Assembly: GCF_006345805.1 (NCBI RefSeq)
Contig: NW_021831993.1
Span: 35,607-99,606 of the forward strand
Direction of reading: 5' to 3'
Source of the DNA: Octopus sinensis
Taxonomy: Eukaryota
DNA length: 64,000 nucleotides
The position numbers were made by a program, and so were the translations under genes. The notes under the pieces were generated by a model. It was not told where the DNA came from and did not search any database. It worked only from the letters and a program-made list of their open reading frames with translations. Numbering within the stretch: the stretch's first letter is position 1; each line of letters starts with the position of its first letter. This document shows, piece after piece, positions 26,851 through 39,722 of the stretch.

Positions 26851-27393
26851 TAATAATAATAATATAATAATAATAATAATAATAATATGGTATAAAAGAT
26901 GGGCTACAGCAAATATTCTGCTCAATACCACAGATTTGCTTGTCAGTTGTTTGACCTTAACCAGTTGAGCATGTCCCTTAGTGGCTGACGATATGTGCAT
27001 CTCTGATCACGAGCAGAAGTAGTGGGGGAGCATCATAGCCATGTGTTGAGAAGGATTCTTTGGGGTTTGAATAATTCACCTCTGGAAACATGGGTGGTTC
27101 TTTCAACATCCTTAAACAACCCTTACTCAGGGACCTTTTGAGTGGGATGGGCTACTCAACCTGAAGAAAATTCTAATTGGGCCCCACCTGCAAGGTCATG
27201 TGCTGTTTATCTTGATATGAGATCACCATGTCGCGCACATATGGTTGTGATGCATGTGCCTGGTGTACCTTTATCAGACGGGTAGTCATGATGGGTATAT
27301 TGGGCTTCGTATATTTTACCCCAGTGTCACTTTGATGGCATGAACTGCTCTCTCACTCAATAATAATAATAATATAATAATGATAATAATAAT

Positions 27394-27424
<31 letters not shown>

Positions 27425-27699
27425 TGATAATAATAAAATTAATAATAATAATAATAAAATTAATAATAATAATAATAAATAATAATAATAAATAATAATA
27501 ATAATAGAGTCAAAATTAAAAGAGTGTCTTCTTTTAATTATTTTGACTCTCTATCTTAACCAAAATGAAGCAGATTGACAAAATTATTTTTTGAACCTGT
27601 TGAAGACACACAAGATGTTGAAATATCGTTCACTAGATAACAATGGCATTCATCTTTTATTTTGACCCTCTATCTTCAGGAGGAGTTACCTCAATCCTT

Positions 27700-27748
<49 letters not shown>

Positions 27749-30700
27749 TAATAATTATAGTAATAATAATAATAATAATAAGAGAACACCGGGGGACGTT
27801 TAACATGTGAGAGCGATAAAACAGTGCTCCGAAATCTATCCACAAACATCGGAAATAAAGACATTGCATGGAGCCAAAAACTAACTGACAAAGGATTGGA
27901 CTATATCCAAGTAAATAATACTCATTGAAATATATTGCTATTTTCCAAACGAAATTATGTATTTTAACTTGATATCATCTCCAACCATGTAAACATGCTT
28001 GATACATCACGATCCATCAACAACAGATCATCTCTGGCCCCAGACACCATGTACAAAAAAATTACAAATAAATTAAATAATAATGGTATTATTCAACCCA
28101 AGAATAACAATCGGGAAGTGCGTACTTTAAACTTGTTACACAAAAAGTACGAAAAACTACACAGGCAAAACAATTTGACAATAGAAATGAACGGACCGGT
28201 ACCCTACGAAAATGATGACCATAAATATACACGTGAGGAATACATTTCAATCCTACATGCTTACTTTACAGCAGTGCTCTACCCAAAGCACAAAAACACA
28301 ACAACATATACATATAAAATATGGAAGAAAAATAACCTAAACAAAGACTTGGATACAGCAATGAACCCTAATAAACTAGCTAACATACGAAGATATATTC
28401 TCAATGCAAAAAAATATCAGAAATAGAAATAGAACATTTATAAGAAAAAATACATCAGGAAAATGTAGATAGTAAACAGACAACAATACCAAATAATATA
28501 AACACTGAGATAGTAAAACACGAAGACAGACGTAACATTTCCAACAAAAACGAAGTAACAAAAAACAACAAACCCAGACTGTAAGGATGAATAATAATGT
28601 AAGAAAAGCAGCAAACCAAAACACAACAGACAAACATACGAATGAGAAAAAAAGCGACACAAATCTAAAACCTGGAAACAATGAAGGGGAGCCTAATGAT
28701 TATGATACCATAAAAAATAGAATAATCAAAGAACTGAAAAACACATACCTCCCAAAAATCAAAATAGACCAAAAAACAACATTGATAATAAATAGCATAA
28801 ACCTGGCTGTCACGGAACTAATAGCCACAGAAACAAATGGCAATATCACTGAGCTAAATGACATAATATAGGCAGCAGCCACTGCAGCCACAAAAGAATC
28901 TGGATACTCACTCAAACCCATCCAAACAGGAGTACCACCACCCAAACAAACCCTGTGGATAAATAATATCCCCCCCAAAAATACAAAAATGAGAAAAGAT
29001 CTGTCGATTCTTAACGAAATTAGTAGACAATCAACGCTACTGAGCAATAAAAAGAAAACAAAAATACTGTGCAAATACAACATCACAGAAAAAGATTTAC
29101 CTGAGATAAAAGAAAAGCTAAAGCAAGATATCCTTGCCAAAGCACAAAGGATCCGCTGGTATGAGAAACACCAACATTTCTTTGAACAAAACAAACAGTT
29201 CAACTCCAACCCCCAAAAATTCTACCAAGAACTTGGCAAAAATAAAATAGAAATCACTGCAGCACCAACAGCAGAAGAAGTGGAAGAATTTTGGAAAGAA
29301 ATATGGTTGGCGAAAGAACAACCAAAAAAAAAAGGAGAATTAAAACAACAAACTTAGCACCTGAGCAACTTTGGACCCCCATAACAACTGAAGAGGTTAC
29401 CCAGGCACTGCAAAGACTAAGCAACTGGAAGGCACCTGGGCATGACAAGATCCTCAACTTCTGGTTGAAATATTTGATAGGAATACACAAAAAGCTGGCT
29501 GAAAACTTTAACAACATACTGGCAGAGTCAGAGACAATGCCTGAATGACTCACGAAGGGAAAAACCATCTTAATTCCCAAATCCAATGAGACAGCAAAAC
29601 CAGAAAACTACAGACCTATAACCTGTCTCCGTACAATGTACAAAGCATTCACTGCAGTAATATCATAGAGATTAAACAAGCACCTGGACGAAAACAACCT
29701 GTTTCCAGAAGAGCAGAAAGGATGCCGCAAAGGCTCACATAGCTGTAAAGATCAACTAATGATCAATAAAGCCATAACTGAAGACAGCCACAGAAAGAAG
29801 AAAGGCCTCAGTATGGCCTGGATCGACTACAGAAGGCGTTTGATAGCATCCCCCACACATGGATCCTCGAAACACTTGCCATGAACAAAGTTGCACCAAC
29901 AATTATAAAATACATAAGACACTCTATGAATAAATGGCAAACAATGCTACAGCTCCAAACACAAGAGGGACTTGTGAAAACCAAAGCCATCCCTATTCGA
30001 AGAGGAATATTCCAGGGAGACACGCTCTCCCCACTCCTTTTCTGCTTGGCACTGTCACCTCTATCTGATATGCTAAATAGAACTGGATGCGGATATAAAT
30101 GTTACGGCAAAACGATCAGCCACCTTTTATATATGGATGACCTAAAACTATATGCTGCAAATGACAAACAGCTGGAAACACTACTAAAGACAGTTCATGG
30201 ATTTACCAAAGAAATAGATATGAAATTTGGATTAGAAAAATGCGACAAAGTAACCCTGAAAAGAGGAAAACTAGTTAAGAGTAGCAACATCACACTAGAT
30301 AATGCCAATGAAATAAGAGAATTAGACCAAAGCCAAACTTACAAATATTTAGGAATCTATGAACTAGATGAGACACAACACACACAAATGAAAGAGAAGA
30401 TAAAGAAAGAATACTATAGACGAGTTAGATCAATACTAAAAACAGAGCTCAATGCTAAAAACAAGATAACAAGTATTAATACTTTAGCCGTCCCAGTTAT
30501 AAGTTACAGCTACAATATCTTAACTGGACACTAAATGAACTAACCAAAATAGATAGGAAAACAAGAAAAATAATGACAGGATCTGGGATGCATCACCCAA
30601 AATCTGACATAGAAAGGCTATATATACAACATATAGAAAGTGGTAGAGGCCTTATAAAGCTGGAAAACTACTATAAAAAAACCACCATAGGACTGCAAAA

Positions 30701-33700
30701 ATACCTACTTCAGAAGCAAAGAAAACTAATACAAATAGCCACAAAACACAAACAAAACAAAAAATTGTTCTCAGTATTTAAGGAAGTTGACAAATACAAA
30801 AAAAGAAGTCATACCACCTAACAACTATGAAGAAGAAGAAACAACAAAAGCTATAAAACAAATGAAATCCAAATTAAAACTAGAACAGCAACGGACCATG
30901 ATAAAATGATGGCAAGAAAAGCCTCTTCATGGCAAATACTGGACTAAACTAAATGCAAAAGAAATAGACAGAGAAAAATCCCAGCAATGGTTGAGAAGCT
31001 CAGGACTAAAAGCAGAGATAGAGGGATTTTTGATTGCAGCACAAGACCAAAGCCTCCTCATCAGAAATCACCAAAAACATGTAATGAAAAGAAATATTAC
31101 AAGTAACTGCAGAATATGTGGAGATGGACAAGAAACAATAAATCATATTATCTCTGGCTGCCCAGTCCTGGCTGAGAAGGAATATATTCACAGACACGAC
31201 AGAGTTGGAACCTACATACACTGGAAACTATGCCAACATTATGGAATAACAACAGAAAAAAGACGGTATAGGTACACACCAGAAAAGGTCACAGAAAACG
31301 AGAAAGCAACCATACTCTGGATATGCTGATACCACAGATAGAGAAATTAAGGCCAACATACCAGATATAGTTGTCAGAGATCATGAAGAAAAAAAATGCT
31401 TTCTAATTGATGTATCAATACCGGCAGATGACAACGTGTCTCTAAAAGAAATGGAGAAACTCTCAAAATACAAAGACCTGGAAATAGAGGTAACCAGAAT
31501 GTGGTATCTAAAAACAGAAACAATTCCTATCATAGTAGGTGCATCAGGCATGATAAAAAAATATTCAGACAAATACATAACAAAAACACCAGGACTTACA
31601 AACACATATAACATACAGAAAATTGCACTACTAGGCACTGCACACATCCTACGCAGAACACTTTCAATACAGTAACCATCAGAGCATCACAACAAATCAC
31701 AGCACATACCCAAGGCACACAGAGCTGCGCTCGGTAGTGAAGTGAAAGCACGCTATAAAAATAAAACTACTGAATAATAATAATAATAATAATAATAGTG
31801 TATGGGAAACACTCGGTGAGAAACGGAAGAAAATTTGAAGAAAGAAGGAAAAAAAAAATAATAATATATAATAAAATATTATGTAAATTTCTTTCTCTGT
31901 AAATCATTCAGTTTTATAAATTTTAGAAAAAGATGATTCCATCATTTCATATAGAGGAATCAGTTCTCCAAAATGCATGTCACCTCACCTTTTTTCACAT
32001 TTCGATGCCTAATTTTTTCTTCTGTGACTTCTCTGGTTCAGACTTGGTTGAAGCTGTATGAAAGAAAGTAACACTAGAACATAATAATAATGATAATAAT
32101 AATGTTGATAATTCTTTCTACTATAGGGAACAAGGCCTGAAATTTGGGGGAGTGGGGGTGGGGGCTAGGTGATTGTATCGACCCCAGTGCTCAGGTGGTC
32201 CTTATTTCATCAACCCCATAAATTTGGGAGAGCAAGGAGTTTTGTGGCATGAACTAAATACTGCTATTGAAGCAAAATGTAACCAGTGGAGTGAAAGGGT
32301 AGGGTTAGGGTGGGTACATTGAGAAGACAGGCAAAGAAAAGACAGGAATTGCTTCTGCAGAGGCTGGGTGGCCACCCTGCAGGATGAAAAACAAAACCTG
32401 TCAAAGGGTGGATGATCTCTGCAGATTCAACAGCCATCCAAAAAGTATTTCTTTAACAGTACTGCTGCCAAAAAAGGCAATAACAAGAAGAATGAACACC
32501 CAACAACAAAAACATTAGAGATTGCCTTTATAAGGATAAATCTACCACAAAGGGAGTGGTGGGAGGTGTGTGTCCTTGATTGGCAGTTCCCTAGGGATGC
32601 TTTCTCGGTTGCATGGTTGGTCTGTGTAGCCTTGGCTGGCAGTTCCCTAGGGATGCTTTCTCGGTTGCATGGTTGGTCTGTGTAGCCTTGGCTGGCAGTT
32701 CCCTAGGGATGCTATCTTGGTTGCATGGTTGGTCTGTGTAGCCTTGGCTGGCAGTTCCCTAGGGATGCTATCTTGGTTGCATGGTTGGTCTGTGTAGCCT
32801 TGGCTGGCAGTTCCCTAGAGATGCTTTCTCGGTTGCATGGTTGTCTGTGTAGCCTTGGCTGGCAGTTCCCTAGGGATGCTTTCTCGGTTGCATTGTTGGT
32901 CTGTGTAGCCTTGGCTGGCAGCTCCCTACAGATGGATGTCCTTCCTAATGCCAACCACTCCAAGTGCATAGTGGGTGTTTTGTATGTGCCACCGGCACGA
33001 GGGCCAGTCAGACAGTTCTGGGAGCCAGTAAGGCGATGCATAATTATAATTCTTCTCCCAAATAAGCTGCCCTTCTTATTTGAGGCTCTGATGAAACTAC
33101 AAGGTGCCATTCAGCACTCGGCTAAGAGTCCATTGCATCTTATAGAAGAAACAGCTGTAAGTTCCTTTGTCATCTCATTTTCTAAATCAACATCATCATC
33201 ATCATCATTTAGCATCTGCTTTCCATGCTGGCATGGATTGGACTGGTCGACTTGGAACTGGTAAGCTGGTGGGGGCTGCACCAGGTTCCATCTGATTTGA
33301 CATGCTTTCTACAGTTCAAGGCCCTTCCCAGTACCAACCACTCAAGAGTGTAATGGTGCTTTCTATGTGCCACTGGCACGGGTGCCATTTGTGTGACACC
33401 AGCACAGGTGGTAGTTACGTGACACTGGCATAATATTTAATATAAGTAAACAGAAAGAATTTACCTGATGATGCAGTTGAACCATCTGTTAAAATTTCTT
33501 GGAAATATTCTTTAAATTTCTGTTAGAAGTAAGCAAATAATTTATCATCACTCAATGAAAAAATAATTTCCTAATTAATTTCTGTAATTACAATGCAATG
33601 TTTTAACTCATTGTTTCTATCACAAATATTGTTTTAAATTAATATTTCCATTTATTGTATCATAGAATAACTTCCTCTGAGGAAGAGGCTTTTGAATATT

Positions 33701-36700
33701 CTGTTGTTTGGGGAGGAATTTTTACTTACAGAATAAAAAGAAAAGAAATTTGCTTGTTTAAGTGACTGTAGAAAATTATTCATGGAATTGAAATTGGTAT
33801 CAAGATTCCATGTTATGCCCAAACACCAGCTTAATAATGACAAACCGATTTTACTTAATTCCTCATTATTTTCAAAACTGTTTAAAAAAGGAAGAACATT
33901 TCTGTTGAAACAGACTGGCTTTGAGTAAATTCCAGTGAATTACTGGTATGTCAACAGTGCTTTACTTCAATGCTATATATACTGTCCTACAGAGTATATC
34001 TGCAGATGTGTACCCAACACTGTGGGTATAGATAAAATGAGAAAGAAGAAAAGGAACGGGTTCAGCCAAACAATCTTTTTCTGTCCCCAACACATATTGT
34101 ATACAGAAAGTGTTTATATGACGCTCAATGTATATATACTGAATCTTCCATGTGTTAACATATACCTCTTTATTACAATGCAAAACATTTATTTAATCAA
34201 GATATCCTTGGCCTAACATTCTGCTTGCTATGAAACATATATAGCCCGGATATTAACTACTCCATTTCTTAACTCTTATATTCTTATTCACACACGCAGT
34301 AACCTCGGTCGCCTACCGTGAATCTAAAAAGAACTTTTTCAGTTTATAGTATTTCGGTATGAAAAGTTTCCACAACCTTCCATAAGTAAACCACTATTGT
34401 TCCTGAAAGTTGCTTTTTACATTAACTACAGATTGTCTGAAGCTAACTTTCTTCCTACACCTCGATTCCTTGACCAGGAATTCTAAGATTTTTCAATTCT
34501 ATTTCACGATTTCGGCATTTGCTGTTTTCTTCCTCCTGTTGTATCGCCTGACCACCCAAACTCTGACCTCTCTCTTTCTCTCTCCCCCTCTGCCTCACTC
34601 TCCTCTCCTCTGCCTCACACTCACTCTCTCTCTCTCTTTCGATTTACCACTTGATTTGCCAACACTTCCCCCCCCTGTTCCACCACCACCACCACCCTCT
34701 ATAAACTAGCGCATGCACTCAGATTCCCCTACTCGATTTTTAATAACTCCCCTGAAAGAATACAAACCCAGAAGATGCTCTCATCTAAATTTGCCAGCCC
34801 TCCCACCCCTCCACCTGTACCGGAAGTTCCTGTTCCCTGTCATCCTTTGTTTGTCACCCACAAACACTTCTAAAGGCTTAACGCCATCCCCACCCCCCTA
34901 CCTGGGGGTGCATAAAAATGCTGGTGTGGTGTATGCAGGTTGAAGGCAATTATTTGTTTATGAATTCTACCATAGGTGAGTTTTCTTTTCAGCTACAAGA
35001 CACTGCTGTCCCTCAATTCAGGGTCTCACAGCCCACACCTCCCACACCCTCAGAGTTGGCACACTGAATGGTAGGTCTGGTGAGATTGTTGAGATGCTTG
35101 AATGGAGACGTGTAGATTTGTGCTGCATCCAAGAAGTAAGGTGGAGAGGAGGTTCTGCTAGGTTCCTCACTGGCAAAGAACACAGGTACAAGATTTTCTG
35201 GGCAGGGAACACTGACGGGGTCGGGGGTGTGGGTATACTTCTTGCAGAGAAATGGGTTGATAAGGTAATCGAGGGAGTCAGAGTATGCGACAGAATACTT
35301 AAGATTAGATTAGTGCTTCATCATAGGATAGCAACCATTATCTCGGCCTATGACCCTCAACCGGGGCTACCTGATGGGCAGAAAACCGATTCTATGACAC
35401 CCTCTCTTGCAGACTACCTTGTTGATGAATGCCATCGACCTTCTTTTTGTGGCTGGTGACTTCAATGGACATGTTGGACAACATGCAGGGGGATTCCATG
35501 GCGTACATGGAGCTATGGTTTTGGTTCCCACAATGAGGAGGGAACCAGACTCCTGGAGTTCTGCGATATCTTATGGTTTGCAATACCAACTTCAGGAAGC
35601 CTGCCAGTCACATATCACCTACTGTTCTGCCTTCACATTTTAACCACTAAACCATAGCCTTCACATTTTAACCACTAAACCACATGCCTTCACATTTTCA
35701 CCACCAAACCACATGCCTTCACATTTTAACCACAAACCACATGCCTTCACATTTTAACCACTAAACCACATACCTTCACATTTTAACCACAAAATCTCCT
35801 GCCTTCACATCTTAACCACTAAACCACATGCCTTCACACTTTAACCACTAAACCACATGCCTTCACATTTTAACCACTAAATCACGTGCCTTCACATTTT
35901 AACCACTAAACCTCCTGCCTTCATATTTTAACCACTAAACCACATGCCTTCACATTTTAACCACTAAACCTCCTGCCTTCACATTTTAACCACTACACCT
36001 CCTGCCTTCATATTTTACCACCACTTAACCACATGCCTCCACATTTTAACCACTAAACCTCCTGCCTTCACATCTTAACCACTAAACCACATGCCTTCAC
36101 ATTTTAACCACTAAACCACATGCCTTAACATTTAAACCAGTACGCCACAGGCCTTCACTTTTAACCACTAAAACTCCTGCCTTCACATCTTAACCACTAA
36201 ATCACATGCTTTCACATTTTAACCACTAAACCACATGCCTTCACATTTTACCACTAAACCACATTGCCTTCACATTTTAACCACTAAACCACATGCCTTC
36301 ACATTTTAACCACTAAACCACATGCCTTCACATTTTAACCACTAAACCTCCTGCCTTCACATTTTAACCACTAAACTACATGCCTTCACATTTTAACCAC
36401 TAAACCACATGCCTTAACTTTTAACCAGTACACACACACTGCCTTCACTTTTAACCACTGAACCACATGCATTCACATTTTAACCACTAAGCCACGTGCC
36501 TTCATATTTTACCCACTAGGTCACGTGGCTTCACATTTTAACTATGCTCAATCACCGCCTTTACATTTTAACCACCAAACCATATGCCTTCACATTTTAT
36601 CCACTAAACCACTCGCTTTCACACTTTAACCACCAAACCACATGCCTTCACATTTTAACCACTAAACCACATGCCTTCACATTTTAACCACTAAACCACA

Positions 36701-39680
36701 TGCCTTCACATTTTAACAGCTAAACCACATGCCTTGTTGTTTTGGGCTACTGACCAGATATGTGGATGGTGCAAAGTCCCCTCTCTACCCAAGGTGACAT
36801 GGTGGTGGAACAATGTAGTTGACAGAGTCATTTGGGAAAGAAACAGGCAAGGGAGGACTGGAAGTGCAGTGGTAGCAGGGAACTGTATCAGATTGCCAGA
36901 AGGGAAGCTAGGAGACAGATTTATTTAGCCAGATGGGAAGCAGATAAGAAAAAATTAGCCAATTTCCTTTGTCAGGTGGACGAAAGACTTGAAGTGTTTC
37001 ACGTTGCAAGACAGTGTGTGAGAGAGAATTGTGATGTCATGGGAGAGAAATGTGTCCGCATGGATAATGGCTCACTTGCATTTAATGAGGCTGAAAAGAG
37101 AGAGACTTGGAGACATCACTATGAAAGGTTGCCAAATGAAGAGAATGAATGGGAGAAAGAGAGTCTGCCAAATGTCGACCCAACATAGGGACCAGCTATC
37201 CGAATTGATAGTACATTGGTAGATAAAACAATTAAGGGTATGAAGACAGGGAAAGTCCCTGGCCCATCAGAAATCACCGCAGGGATGCTTAAAATATCTG
37301 GTGGTGTTGGCTATAGCCTAGTCACCTGTATAGTCAATCAGGTGATCCATGAAGGTGTCATACTCAATGGCTGATGTAGCAGCACCATAGTCAGCTGCTA
37401 CAAAGGTAAAGGTAATGCTTTAGATACGAATAATTACAGAGGTATCAAGTTGTTGGATCAGGTCATGGAAAGGGTCATAGCCTAACTAATCAGGGAGAGA
37501 GTCAGTTTAGACAAGGCACAGTTTGGGTTTGTGCCGGGGAAAAGCACCACTAATGCTATATTTCTTGTAAGACAGCTGCAGGAGAAATACCTAGCCAAAG
37601 ATAAACTTCTGTAGCTGGCTTTCGTTGACATGGAGAAATCCTTTGACAGGGTCCCCTGATCCCTTATCTGGTGGTCAATGTGGAAACTAGGGATAGATAA
37701 GTGGTTAGTGAGAACTGTACAAGCCATGTACAGGAATGCTGTCTGTAAGGTGTAGGATGGCAACGACTATAATAAATAATTCCGGGTAAGGATAGGGTCC
37801 ACCAAGGATTGGTGCTCAGCCCCCTCTTGTTCATCATAATCCTATGCTGATGACTTTGCTCTAATAGCTGAGTCATTGCCAGAACTAGAGATGAAGTTCA
37901 GAATGTGGAAGCAAGGGTTAGAATTGAAGGGCCTTAAACTCAACCTAGCTAAAACCAAAGTCTTAATAAGTAGGAAGGCAAACAAACCACAAATCCCCTC
38001 AGGTAGATGGCCCTGCTCAATCTGTAGAAAAGGTGTAGGTACGACTCTGTAAAATGTACCTGGTGCAAGCTGTGGACACATAAGAGGTGCAGCAATGTCA
38101 AAGGAAGGTTAACTGGGAAGATGGTTTGTGTGTTTGGCAAATGCTCAGGGGCAATGAACACAGAAGATGTACAGAAAACAGATTCCATCACATGCCAAAG
38201 GAAAAAACTAGAAGTAGGAGACAGCTTCTGTTACCTAGGTGACCAAGTCAGCAGTGGTGGTGGATGATCTGAGAGTCTAGCTCCTAGAATAAGAATATTC
38301 TTGGCAAAGTTCATAGCGGTCTTACCCCTGCTGGTGACAAAGGGCCTCTCGTTCAGAGTAAAAGGTAGACTGTATGACACATGTGTACAAACAGCCATGC
38401 TACACAGCAGTGAAATATGGGCCATGACTGCTGAGAACATGCGTAAGCTTGCAAGGACTGAAGCTAGTATGCTCTGCTAAATGTGTAATGTCAGTGTGCA
38501 TATACGACAGAGTGTAAGCGCTCTGAGAGAAATGTTGGACATAAGAAGCCTCAGATATGGTGTGCAATTGAGACAACTGTGCTGGTATGGTCATGTGTTA
38601 CATATGGATGAGGACAGCTGTTTCAATAAGTGACGATCTCTAACTGTGGAAGGAAGAGGTGGACCCAGGAAGACCTGGGATGAGGTGGTGAAGCACGACC
38701 TTCGCACATTGAGTCTAACAGAGGCAATGACAAGCAACCAAGACATTTGGAGATATGCTGTGCTTGAGACGACCTGGTAAGCTAAGTGAGATTGTAGCTA
38801 TGGCCTATGCCAGGGTCGCATAACCAGCCCATTTAGGAGTTCCTTCAATTGTCGGGAATTGTGCTGTGCTTGAGAAGACCTGTTGAGTCAAGAAAAATCA
38901 CTGTTGTGTCCAATGCCAGTACCATCAGAGTGGCACCCATGCCAGTAGAACATGCAAAGTACCATTCAAGTATGGTCAATGTCAGTGCTGCCGGGCTGGT
39001 TCCTGTATCGGTGATATGTAAAAAGCATCATTTGAGCGTGGTCGATGCCTGTGGCGCCTGACTGGTCCCAGTGGGACTCAAAAAGCACCCACTACACTCG
39101 CGGAGTGGTTGGTGTTAGGAAGGGCATCCAGCTGTAGAAACCTTACTAGATCAGATTGGATCCTAGTGCAGCCTCCTCGCTTGTCAAACCCATGCCAGCA
39201 TGAAAAGCCGACATTAAATTATGATGATGACAGGCTTCTTTCAGTTTCCATCCACCAAATCTACTCAAGGCTTTGGTTGGCCCAAGGCTATAGTAAAAGA
39301 TAATTGCCCAAGGTGCCACACAGTGGGACTGAACCCGGGGACCATGTGGTTGAGATGCAAGCTTCTTACTACACACCCACACTTCCACATATAAAATTTG
39401 TCTTACTTAATTTCTCTGTATGAAGGATAGTTGCCTCTGTCAGGAGGCACAAGCAGTTGCACACACACACACGTACACACACGACAATAACTTCTACCTA
39501 CTAAATTGAGTTACAAGGCTTTAGTCGGCCAAAGGCTATAGCAGATGGCACATGCCCAAGGTGCTGCCACACAATGGGACTGAACCTGAAACCGGATAAA
39601 CAAAAATTCCTTACATGTCTCTCTAACATGTAAAATCCTGTAATTCCCATTAGTAAATGAAACATGTGTAGTGGTGTATA

Positions 39681-39722
<42 letters not shown>

